NCBI GenBank assembly: GCA_963924815.1
Contig: CAWURO010000013.1
Location: forward strand, 46,461 to 110,460
Direction: 5' to 3'
Source of the DNA: an uncultured Bacteroidia bacterium
Lineage (GTDB): Bacteria > Bacteroidota > Bacteroidia > NS11-12g > UBA9320
Length of the DNA stretch: 64,000 nucleotides
In this document: positions 56,118 through 64,000 of the stretch, piece by piece
Layout of the letters: each line of letters opens with the position of its first letter
Position numbering within the stretch: position 1 is the stretch's first letter
The notes under the pieces: model-generated
Told to the model about the DNA's origin: nothing
Databases searched by the model: none
The model's input: only the letters and a program-made list of their open reading frames with translations
Program-made: the position numbers and the translations under genes

Positions 56118-57926
56118 ATGGAAAAAAATTCTGTCATTGGTTACGTTTTAATCTTTTTTTTGTTCATAGGGTTTTACTTTTTTAGTAAACAAAATCAAGA
56201 AGAACTAACCAATCAAAAAGTAACTACGGAAGATTCCGTTGAAACTACTCCAGCCTCAGCAGATACTGCTCAAGTTTCGTATAACGATAGCCAGACTATT
56301 CTGTTAGATTCTAATCTAACGGAAACGATCACCACCTTGCGTAATGACCTTTTGGAGATTGATTTTAGTAATATTGGAGGTATACCTAAGAAAGTAACGT
56401 TAACGAAATACAAGAGATATGATTCATCTGCATTGGTATTGTTTGATAAAGGACAGACTAAGTTAGGTTATACTATACCGTTAGCCAACGGTGTAAGTAT
56501 TAATACACTTAACACTAGCTTTGCCGCGCAAATAATAGGAGATAGCCAGGTCATTATGACGGCTCATCTTATGAATGATGCCAAAATAATCCAAACGTAT
56601 ACACTCTCACCTAATTCATACAAGATCGATTATAAAGTCAATTTTGAGGGGATAAAAGATATTATCTCTCCTAACAATAGGTATGCTATACTTGATTGGA
56701 CTAGTGAATTACAAGGGCAAGAAAAAACGGTAAAAGATGAACGTGCGGTAAGTACGGTGTACTATAGCTATGCTCAAGACGAAGATGTAGATTACCTAAG
56801 TGAAACCAGCGATGACGAAGAGAAACTTCAAGCCAACGTACAATGGGTTGCTTTTAAGCAAAAGTTCTTTAATCAAACACTTATAAGTAATACGCAGTTT
56901 TCGGAGCAAGGAACACAAATAGAGGTTAGAACCCCGGAGAATGAAACAGCCGATTATGTAAAAGATGTAAAAGCGCAATTTTTTATTCCACTTGAACAAA
57001 ATAGTGTACTGGAAGATATGGACTTATACTTCGGTCCTAATCATTATCCTACTCTTAAAGAAGAAGGAGTTGGTCTTCAGAAAATGATACCTCTTGGTTG
57101 GGGTATTTTTGGCTGGGTAAACAAAGGGTTGGTTATTCCCATTTTTAATTGGCTTAACCAATATTTTACGAACTACGGACTTATTATTATCCTTCTTACT
57201 CTTATTATTAAATTGGCGTTGTTCTTCCCTATGTTTAAGGTGTACAAGTCTACGGCTAAAATGAAGCTGTTAAAACCCGAACTAGACGAAATTAAGACTA
57301 GAACGGGTGATGACATGGCCAAAGCTCAACAAGAGCAAATGAAACTGTACAAGCAAGCAGGAGTTAGTCCTTTGGGAGGTTGTTTGCCACAACTGGTTCA
57401 AATGCCCATACTGTTTGCTATGTTTAGATTTTTTCCTTCTAGCATAGAGTTACGTCAAAAAAGCTTTTTATGGGCTGAAGATCTAAGTAGTTATGACAGT
57501 GTTTTTGATTTTCCTAATGGATTTGAAATACCATTTTATGGAGATCATATAAGTTTATTTACGTTGCTAATGACGGCTGTAACGATTGTATATACCTACA
57601 TTAACAGTCAAAGCTCAGCGCAAATGGTAGGCCCTATGAAAACCATGATGTACATAATGCCAATCATGTTCCTTGGGTTCTTCAATAACTATGCAGCGGC
57701 ACTAAGTTTTTACTACTTCTTGTCTACTTGTATTACCATTTTACTTAATTTTATTATTCGCAAGTTTGTAATTGATGAAGATAAATTACATCAACAAATA
57801 CAAGAAAATAAAAAGAAAAAGATAGTAAGTAAAAAATCAGGTTTACAGAAAAGATTAGAAGATATGGCCAAGAAACGAGGCATTGATCCTAAGTCTGGCA
57901 AACCCACTAAAAATAAGAAAAAGTAA
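56118..57926 (+). CDS. yidC: Membrane protein insertase YidC
   Basis: 602 aa. It has an N-terminal TM segment, a large periplasmic domain, the conserved core …K.Q.EMMKLYK..GV.P..GCLP…Q.PI… and a Lys-rich tail. Confidence 0.9.
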   Translation: MEKNSVIGYVLIFFLFIGFYFFSKQNQEELTNQKVTTEDSVETTPASADTAQVSYNDSQTILLDSNLTETITTLRNDLLEIDFSNIGGIPKKVTLTKYKRYDSSALVLFDKGQTKLGYTIPLANGVSINTLNTSFAAQIIGDSQVIMTAHLMNDAKIIQTYTLSPNSYKIDYKVNFEGIKDIISPNNRYAILDWTSELQGQEKTVKDERAVSTVYYSYAQDEDVDYLSETSDDEEKLQANVQWVAFKQKFFNQTLISNTQFSEQGTQIEVRTPENETADYVKDVKAQFFIPLEQNSVLEDMDLYFGPNHYPTLKEEGVGLQKMIPLGWGIFGWVNKGLVIPIFNWLNQYFTNYGLIIILLTLIIKLALFFPMFKVYKSTAKMKLLKPELDEIKTRTGDDMAKAQQEQMKLYKQAGVSPLGGCLPQLVQMPILFAMFRFFPSSIELRQKSFLWAEDLSSYDSVFDFPNGFEIPFYGDHISLFTLLMTAVTIVYTYINSQSSAQMVGPMKTMMYIMPIMFLGFFNNYAAALSFYYFLSTCITILLNFIIRKFVIDEDKLHQQIQENKKKKIVSKKSGLQKRLEDMAKKRGIDPKSGKPTKNKKK

Positions 57927-57946
57927 TAAAACTATCTGGCTAGAAT

Positions 57947-59173
57947 TTATCTAAGGCCTGCAATTAAAAATTCAATCTCTCTTTTTGGGAGATTGAATTT
58001 TTCTGCTATTACGGAATTAGTTAGTTTCCCATTGTAGATGTAGGTCCCGTTTCGTAGACCTTCATGATTAAGAAGACATTCTTGTATATTACCCTCATCA
58101 GATATGCGTAAAAGAAGTGGAGTGAAGATATTACTCAAGGCATAACTAGATGTACGTGAAAATCTAGAAGGTATATTAGGCACGCAGTAATGCACCACAC
58201 CATGCTTTTCAAATACCGGCATTTTATGATTGGTAGTCTCAGAAGTTTCAAAACACCCACCTTGATCTATACTCACATCTACAATAATAGATTTTGGTCT
58301 CATATTACTGACCATTTCTTCGGTTACTACACATGGACTTAAGCCCAGTGGACTGCGCAAGGCACCAATTGCTACATCGCAGTCGGCAAGAGCTTTAGCG
58401 AGTATTTGGGGTATAAGTGTAGATGAATGAACTCGTGTACCTAAACTTTTTTCAAGTCTCCGAAGCCTTTCTGTACTGTTGTCAAAAACCTTTACAGATG
58501 CACCCAGACCAATAGCTGCTTTTATAGCATATTCACCTACAGCACCGGCACCTATGATAACAATTTGTGTAGGCTGAATGCCTGGTATACCGCCAAACAG
58601 TTCCCCTTTCCCCGAATTGTAGTTGCTCAAATACTCTGCAGCAATCAGTACAGATGCTCTGCCAGCAATCTCACTCATACTTCTAATAACGGGCAAGGAA
58701 CCATCATCATCTCGCAAAAATTCAAAACCTATAGCGGTAATTCCCTTTGCAAGCATTTTTTTAAATATAACCTCTTTCGCGCGCACTAATTGTATCGCAC
58801 TTATTAATATCTGACCTGGTTTCATGAGGTCAATCTCATCTTCCGTAGGTGGCGCTATTTTAATAATAATGTCACAGGTGAATATTTCTTTTTTATCGTG
58901 CACTACCTCTGCGCCCATGCTGCTGTAGTCAAGGTCTGTAAAGTTTGCTTTATCACCGCAACCTGATTCTATTTTTACAGAATGCCCTTGTTTGCAGAGT
59001 AATTGAACAGCCATAGGTGAAAGAGGGACTCTATGTTCTTGAAACGTAGTTTCCTTAGGAATACCAATGGATAGGGACCTGTTGTCCTTTTGCTCAGTAA
59101 AAAGTTTTTCTTGAGGTTGTAAACTAGCTTCCCTTGCTAGATCTCCAAATGAAGGGTTTGACACGGTACTCAT
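57947..59173 (-). CDS. Alanine dehydrogenase / PNT-family NAD-binding protein
   Basis: 408 aa with an AlaDH/PNT N-terminal domain and a Rossmann motif VIIGAGAVG. Confidence 0.75.
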   Translation of the reverse strand: MSTVSNPSFGDLAREASLQPQEKLFTEQKDNRSLSIGIPKETTFQEHRVPLSPMAVQLLCKQGHSVKIESGCGDKANFTDLDYSSMGAEVVHDKKEIFTCDIIIKIAPPTEDEIDLMKPGQILISAIQLVRAKEVIFKKMLAKGITAIGFEFLRDDDGSLPVIRSMSEIAGRASVLIAAEYLSNYNSGKGELFGGIPGIQPTQIVIIGAGAVGEYAIKAAIGLGASVKVFDNSTERLRRLEKSLGTRVHSSTLIPQILAKALADCDVAIGALRSPLGLSPCVVTEEMVSNMRPKSIIVDVSIDQGGCFETSETTNHKMPVFEKHGVVHYCVPNIPSRFSRTSSYALSNIFTPLLLRISDEGNIQECLLNHEGLRNGTYIYNGKLTNSVIAEKFNLPKREIEFLIAGLR

Positions 59174-59285
59174 GCATTAAAATTCAGATGCAATATACCG
59201 CATAATTATATATTATTGAACACTTTCGCAATATGTTAGTAAACAAGGAGTTATTTTAGTTCAAAACCTTTTTACTTTGTAAGCA

Positions 59286-60575
59286 ATGAGATTAATCACT
59301 ATAGCACTACTGTTAGTAACACTTCCATTTACATTGTTTGCATCACAACGAGAAGCGAGCAATTATGGAGAAATGGGGATAAAACCCCCTAAAAGTGGTA
59401 AAATTGACTCGTTTGGAATAGAACCAATTGACACGTCGGATTCTTTGCAAGTTGCTCTAGTACCAATGATGGAAATGGAAGATGAGATTCCATTGGACAT
59501 ATACAGTGTCGTTACTTTTGATTCTAATGAACTTCCTCTGGATGAAAATTTGTACAGGTACCATGTAAGCAAGCTTCAATTTGAAATTCCAATGGATTAC
59601 AATGAATTGGTTAAAAAGCAAATAGATTTTTTTGGAACCAGATGGCAGGATAAGTTAAAAATAATGGTAACCAAGTCGCAGTATGTTTTTCCCATTTATG
59701 AAGAAATCCTTGCAGAGTACAATATGCCGTTAGAGATTAAGTACTTATCCATAATTGAGTCTGGGCTAAATCCATATGCAAGATCACATTCTGGTGCAGT
59801 GGGAGCATGGCAGTTTATGCCAGCTACCGGCAAAGAATATGACTTAATCATCAATAACAGTGTTGACGAACGAAGATCATTAGAAAAAAGTACACGAGCA
59901 GCTTGTTTCTATCTAAAACAAATGTATGCCGTATACGGTGACTGGTTAGTTGCTCTAGCATCTTACAATTGTGGACCGGGGAATGTGCGTAAAGCGATTA
60001 GATTATCCGGCAGTACTGATTTTTGGGGTATATATCCATACTTGCCTCGCGAAACACAAAACTATGTCCCTAAATTCATAGCGATGGCTTACATCATGAA
60101 TTATCATTCAGAATATTGTATTACCCCTGTTCCTTTTGATGCTAAGGACTTTTTAACTCAAAAAGTATATTGCGACGAAGGCCTGAATTTTAAAATCATA
60201 GCCGATAAATTAGAATTGTCAACAGAAGAATTACTTCGTTTCAATCCTGAATTAAAAGTAACATCGATACCTTATAAAGGAAATGGATACCTGTTACACA
60301 TTCCTGAAGATAAAGTTCATTTATACTACCTAAATCAGTGTGACATAACTGAACTTAGCAAAATGCAACAAGACTCTGCTGATCTAGTAAAAGAGAATTT
60401 AGCTCTTGTACAGAAGGAGAGTACACCTAATATTATCTATTATACCGTAAAGAAAGGAGATAATCTTCAAAAGATTGCTACACGTAATTATGTTACCATT
60501 AGTCAACTCAGAAAGTGGAATGGTATAAAGGGAAGTACTATTTATCCTAGACAACGGTTAAAAATATACAAATAA
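59286..60575 (+). CDS. Lytic transglycosylase (SLT domain) with a C-terminal LysM
   Basis: IESGLNP.A.S..GA.G.WQFMP.TG and AYN.G.GNV, plus a LysM segment YYTVKKGDNLQKIA…. Confidence 0.85.
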   Translation: MRLITIALLLVTLPFTLFASQREASNYGEMGIKPPKSGKIDSFGIEPIDTSDSLQVALVPMMEMEDEIPLDIYSVVTFDSNELPLDENLYRYHVSKLQFEIPMDYNELVKKQIDFFGTRWQDKLKIMVTKSQYVFPIYEEILAEYNMPLEIKYLSIIESGLNPYARSHSGAVGAWQFMPATGKEYDLIINNSVDERRSLEKSTRAACFYLKQMYAVYGDWLVALASYNCGPGNVRKAIRLSGSTDFWGIYPYLPRETQNYVPKFIAMAYIMNYHSEYCITPVPFDAKDFLTQKVYCDEGLNFKIIADKLELSTEELLRFNPELKVTSIPYKGNGYLLHIPEDKVHLYYLNQCDITELSKMQQDSADLVKENLALVQKESTPNIIYYTVKKGDNLQKIATRNYVTISQLRKWNGIKGSTIYPRQRLKIYK

Positions 60576-60581
60576 CAAGAA

Positions 60582-61652
60582 GTGAATATTGGAATAAAAA
60601 TCTCAATGCTTTCTTTGCTTTTGTACTCATGTACATTAACAGAGACGGAAAAAAAAGCGATGTTGCCTAGTTCTAGTGGCAAGCTAGCAGAGCTAGTTGT
60701 TATAACAGATGCGCAAGGTGCAGACAGTGGGTTTAAGACTTCTATACAAAGTGTATTTAAAAAGTCATTAGAAGGTCAGCCACCTCCTGGGGAGGAAATG
60801 TTTAAGGTGCTTTTTACGGACGAAACCTTTTTCAAAGGCTACTTTAAAACACATCATCAAATTTTTGTTTTTCTTACGCCAGAAGGTGCTCCTGCACTGA
60901 GTAAAGTAATTGATCCTAAACTTATAGACAAGTTAGTAGACGTGATCCAAAGTAACCCCAATTCTTTTGGCGTATTGAAAGAAGATTTATTCGCCACTAA
61001 TCAAAGTGTATTCTTTGTGTTAGCCAGGAATAAGGCTGAAATGGAGGCTAAAATACTTGAGAAAAAAGATGATTTACTAGTATTGGCGTTAGATCATGAA
61101 TCTAAGACAGGTTTGCGCAAACTAGTAGGAAGTAGCATTGGAAAAAAGGATAGTTTATATCTCCAATCTATAGCAGAGAAGGGATACGCTATTAAAATAC
61201 CTTCAACCTATAAAGTATCGATCAATAATGAAGATTTTACTTGGGTACGTAAAGTGTCTTCAGGCAAAGAGCTAGCGCATAACATAATCTTGTTTTCAGT
61301 GCCTTATACGTCAAAAGAAGAATTAACCACAGCAGGCTTACTCAAAATACGAAATGAGTTTACTCAAAAGTATATTCCAGGTCCCACAGACGGATCTTAT
61401 CTGGGCTATTCTACAATTCTTAAACCATATCGAGAAGATGAGGTGTATAAGAGAAGGTATAGTTCGGTAATACGCGGATGGTGGGATGTGAAAGGTGATT
61501 TTATGGGCGGACCATCATACCTTAGAGTAGTGCTCGATGAACAAAAAGGACGCCTTATTTTTGCGGAAGGATTTCTGTACTATCCCAACGAGCGAAAAGT
61601 CGCTGAGCTTAGGGAGTTAGAAGTGTTAGTAAATTCGTTAACGATCAAATGA
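60582..61652 (+). CDS. DUF4837-like lipoprotein
   Basis: A GTG start gives the lipobox LLLYSC. LPSSSGKLAELVVI and the overall layout match my recollection of DUF4837. Confidence 0.6.
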   Translation: MNIGIKISMLSLLLYSCTLTETEKKAMLPSSSGKLAELVVITDAQGADSGFKTSIQSVFKKSLEGQPPPGEEMFKVLFTDETFFKGYFKTHHQIFVFLTPEGAPALSKVIDPKLIDKLVDVIQSNPNSFGVLKEDLFATNQSVFFVLARNKAEMEAKILEKKDDLLVLALDHESKTGLRKLVGSSIGKKDSLYLQSIAEKGYAIKIPSTYKVSINNEDFTWVRKVSSGKELAHNIILFSVPYTSKEELTTAGLLKIRNEFTQKYIPGPTDGSYLGYSTILKPYREDEVYKRRYSSVIRGWWDVKGDFMGGPSYLRVVLDEQKGRLIFAEGFLYYPNERKVAELRELEVLVNSLTIK

Positions 61653-62227
61653 TACAAGTCGAAATTTGGGCTTCTGGTGGTGGAACAAATGCTGATGCCA
61701 TAATGCAATATTTTGCCGGACACGCTTATATAAAAATCACAGCCTTAGGATGTAATAGAAAAGAAGCAGGGGCGTTTTCTGTAGCGCAAAAACACAGTGT
61801 AAGTTCACACTATTGGGGTAAAGAGAACTGGAATGCAGTTACGATTTTAGAGCAACTAAAAAACCGTAATATTGACATCATCATCTTAGCCGGATTTTTA
61901 AAATTAGTGCCACACGAAGTAACTCAAGCTTATGAAGGAAGAATAGTGAATATTCATCCAAGCCTATTGCCGCTTTATGGAGGCAAAGATATGTACGGCG
62001 AGCATGTGCATGAAGCAGTTTTAGCTAACCAAGATCATCAAACAGGAATTACTATTCATGAGGTAAACGATGAGTTTGATAAAGGTAAAATGCTTGCGCA
62101 GTATTGTACAATTTTAAATCCTTCGACAGAAACCCTAGCATCCATCAAAACTAAAATACAAGCCCTGGAACACACTCATTTTGCTCCTACCATTGAGGCT
62201 TGGATAAAAGAAAAAGTTGGCTTTTAG
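61649..62227 (+). CDS. purN: Phosphoribosylglycinamide formyltransferase
   Basis: 192 aa with SG.GTN…LAGF..….I.NIHPSLLP…G. Confidence 0.88.
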   Translation: MIQVEIWASGGGTNADAIMQYFAGHAYIKITALGCNRKEAGAFSVAQKHSVSSHYWGKENWNAVTILEQLKNRNIDIIILAGFLKLVPHEVTQAYEGRIVNIHPSLLPLYGGKDMYGEHVHEAVLANQDHQTGITIHEVNDEFDKGKMLAQYCTILNPSTETLASIKTKIQALEHTHFAPTIEAWIKEKVGF

Positions 62228-62235
62228 TCAACCAA

Positions 62236-64000
62236 CTATTTCACCACTTTAAATTCTGTTCGTCTGTTACGAGCTCTTCCCGTTTCTGAGGCATTGCTGG
62301 CTATTGGCGCAGTATCTCCATAGCCTTTATAACTCAATCTACTACCAGCAACTCCATTTGTCGTTAAATACTGGTAAACAGATTTAGCTCTGTTTTCTGA
62401 TAAGACCTGATTATGACTACTATTACCCGCATTATCAGTATGTCCTCCGATTTCTATGCTTATATCTGAATTAAGTGTCATAAATTCTTTAAGCTTTTCT
62501 AACTCTGATTTACTCTGGTTTTTTAATTCAAATTTATCAGTATCAAAAAAGATATTATTAAGCACTACCGTTTTACCTAATTCTAGTTTTTGCAATTCTA
62601 TTTTTAAATCAAATGGTTGATCAGTAGGTACATTAGGCATGTCAAAATATTCGGAGTGAAATAAATACTCTTTTTTATCAATGGTTAAGGAATACTGAAT
62701 ATCGGACTTCAATGGCACCATAAACTGTCCTTTAATTGCATCCGTGTAAGACGAAGTACTCGCACTGCCGTCTAAAGGTGTTAATGATACGCTCGTAGAT
62801 AGAGGTTTTTTTGTCTTTGCGTCAATCACCGTTCCTCGCACATAACTCACGCGTTGTGCTTGTAACTCTTTAGGGAGTTCAAACGAATAAATATCGAGTC
62901 CCCCTTTTCCATCTGGCTTATTATCGCTGCTGTAATAGGCGGTCTTGCCATCACGAGCCACCACCATATTCCAGTCATAACCAGTGGTGTTTATAGGATA
63001 ACCAAGATTTTTAGGTGTATCAAATGTGCTGTCTGGTCTTAGATGTGTTACAAAAATATCACTCTTACCCATACCTAGATGGCCCATAGAGCTAAAATAT
63101 AGCGTAGTATTATCAGAGTGTATAAACGGAAATTGCTCGTCCTTAGAGGTGTTTATTTCTTTGCCAAGGTTAATGGGTTCTTCCCAGCCCTTATCACCAA
63201 ATCTAGACATCCAAATATCGGTACCTCCAAAACCACCCGGTCTATCGCTGGTAAAATAAAGCATCTTGCCATTTGAGGAGATGGAAGGTTGAGATTCCCA
63301 ATATTTGCTATTAACAGGTTTTTGCAAGTTTAAGGGCTCAGACCATGCTCCATTTTTGTCAATAGTAATCCAAATATCACATTGTCCTACACCACCTGAA
63401 CGACTGCAAGATGTAAAAAATATGTAATGCCCATCGGCGGATACACTGAATGCACCTTCATTTTCGATGGTATTAATAGGCGGGCCTAAATTTTGAATAG
63501 GATTCCAGGTATCACCACTTCGTGTAGCATAATAAATGTCTTCATTGGGTCTTGAGTCTTTTAAGTCTCCAACTCTTCGCGTGATGTACAAGGTCTGCTC
63601 GTCTATGGCAAAAGCAGGAGAATATTCTTGCTCTATAGTATTTATACTAGGTCCAAGGTTTACCGGTGTAATATTAACGGGATGCGCTTTAGCATATTTA
63701 GCAAAATCTATATTTTCTAACGCTTCTCTGGCAATATTGGCATATTTATCGTCCGTAGAATTTATTTTTAGAAAGGATTTATAAAAAAAATCTGCAGAAT
63801 CTAAATTATCTAAGCCAAAATAAATCTCGCCTAATTCATATAAGGCAAATACATGGTCAGACTTAAGCATTAATATTTTTTTGTAATTTGAAATCGCTGA
63901 AGTGAAATCTTTTTCGCGCTGATAGGTGTTTGCTAAAGCATCCAAAGCGTCTATATAATGGGGTGCTTTTTTTAAGGCTTGATTAAAAAGGGAAATAGCT
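62236..64000 (-). CDS. OmpA-family protein with N-terminal TPRs and TolB-like WD40/beta-propeller repeats; 5' end outside the window
   Basis: The C-terminal OmpA domain reads …GHTD..G….N..LS..RA..V…L….R….GYG…P…N.T..GRA.NRRTEF. The frame stays open from 63945 to 64000 (…AISLFNQALKKAPHYIDAL-DALANTY…), so the N-terminus is truncated by the window. Confidence 0.85.
   Translation of the reverse strand, partial: AISLFNQALKKAPHYIDALDALANTYQREKDFTSAISNYKKILMLKSDHVFALYELGEIYFGLDNLDSADFFYKSFLKINSTDDKYANIAREALENIDFAKYAKAHPVNITPVNLGPSINTIEQEYSPAFAIDEQTLYITRRVGDLKDSRPNEDIYYATRSGDTWNPIQNLGPPINTIENEGAFSVSADGHYIFFTSCSRSGGVGQCDIWITIDKNGAWSEPLNLQKPVNSKYWESQPSISSNGKMLYFTSDRPGGFGGTDIWMSRFGDKGWEEPINLGKEINTSKDEQFPFIHSDNTTLYFSSMGHLGMGKSDIFVTHLRPDSTFDTPKNLGYPINTTGYDWNMVVARDGKTAYYSSDNKPDGKGGLDIYSFELPKELQAQRVSYVRGTVIDAKTKKPLSTSVSLTPLDGSASTSSYTDAIKGQFMVPLKSDIQYSLTIDKKEYLFHSEYFDMPNVPTDQPFDLKIELQKLELGKTVVLNNIFFDTDKFELKNQSKSELEKLKEFMTLNSDISIEIGGHTDNAGNSSHNQVLSENRAKSVYQYLTTNGVAGSRLSYKGYGDTAPIASNASETGRARNRRTEFKVVK

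Noticed and set aside
1-64000. Search for CRISPR arrays, tRNA/rRNA genes, IS elements, integrases, phage genes, toxin-antitoxin pairs or defence-island gene sets
   Set aside because: - I saw no direct-repeat/spacer periodicity and no cloverleaf-like intergenic sequences. The intergenic regions are mostly under 190 nt.
- None of the ORF products resembles a transposase, recombinase, nuclease-helicase defence module or restriction-modification module.
- The HD-domain protein (45915..47129), the beta-CASP hydrolase (50369..51736) and RecQ sit in conserved housekeeping contexts.

Overview
This is an AT-rich, densely coding chromosomal segment that looks like Bacteroidota (Flavobacteriia-like). 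The lineage markers are a fused lpxC/fabZ gene, a PorX-type regulator, many T9SS C-terminal sorting domains and TAnnTTTG -7 promoter boxes. I can support about 55 protein genes. I saw no rRNA, tRNA, CRISPR array, transposase, integrase or phage genes.

Most of the window is housekeeping:
- fbaA, CBS-type cysteine/cystathionine synthase, folD-queE and hmgA
- thrS-infC-rpmI-rplT
- surE and lpxB
- recN, murF and an HD-lpxD-lpxC/fabZ-lpxA operon
- tsaE, recQ, yidC and purN

The non-housekeeping content is as follows:
- (1) A cobalamin riboswitch at about 668..836 leads a tight four-gene operon. It encodes a BtuB-like TonB receptor, an internally duplicated DUF4465-like protein, a second surface protein and a beta-propeller lipoprotein. 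Two of the accessory proteins carry T9SS sorting domains instead of lipoboxes.
- (2) A heme-oxygenase-like gene at the left edge is interrupted by a single in-frame TAG directly after the putative proximal His.
- (3) The lipid A operon has an unusual tail: an orphan ABC ATPase translationally coupled to lpxA, then DUF4920, then a cytochrome c'-like lipoprotein.
- (4) At least seven T9SS-cargo genes are present. They include a 1240-aa protein with seven CARDB-like modules, a T9SS-sorted thioredoxin-fold protein paired with a BNR propeller, an FG-GAP protein and an M28 peptidase.

I did not find a clear-cut new system such as a defence island or a biosynthetic cluster. The B12 locus is the best candidate for new biology. 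All calls rest on reading the sequence and on remembered family motifs; no searches were run.
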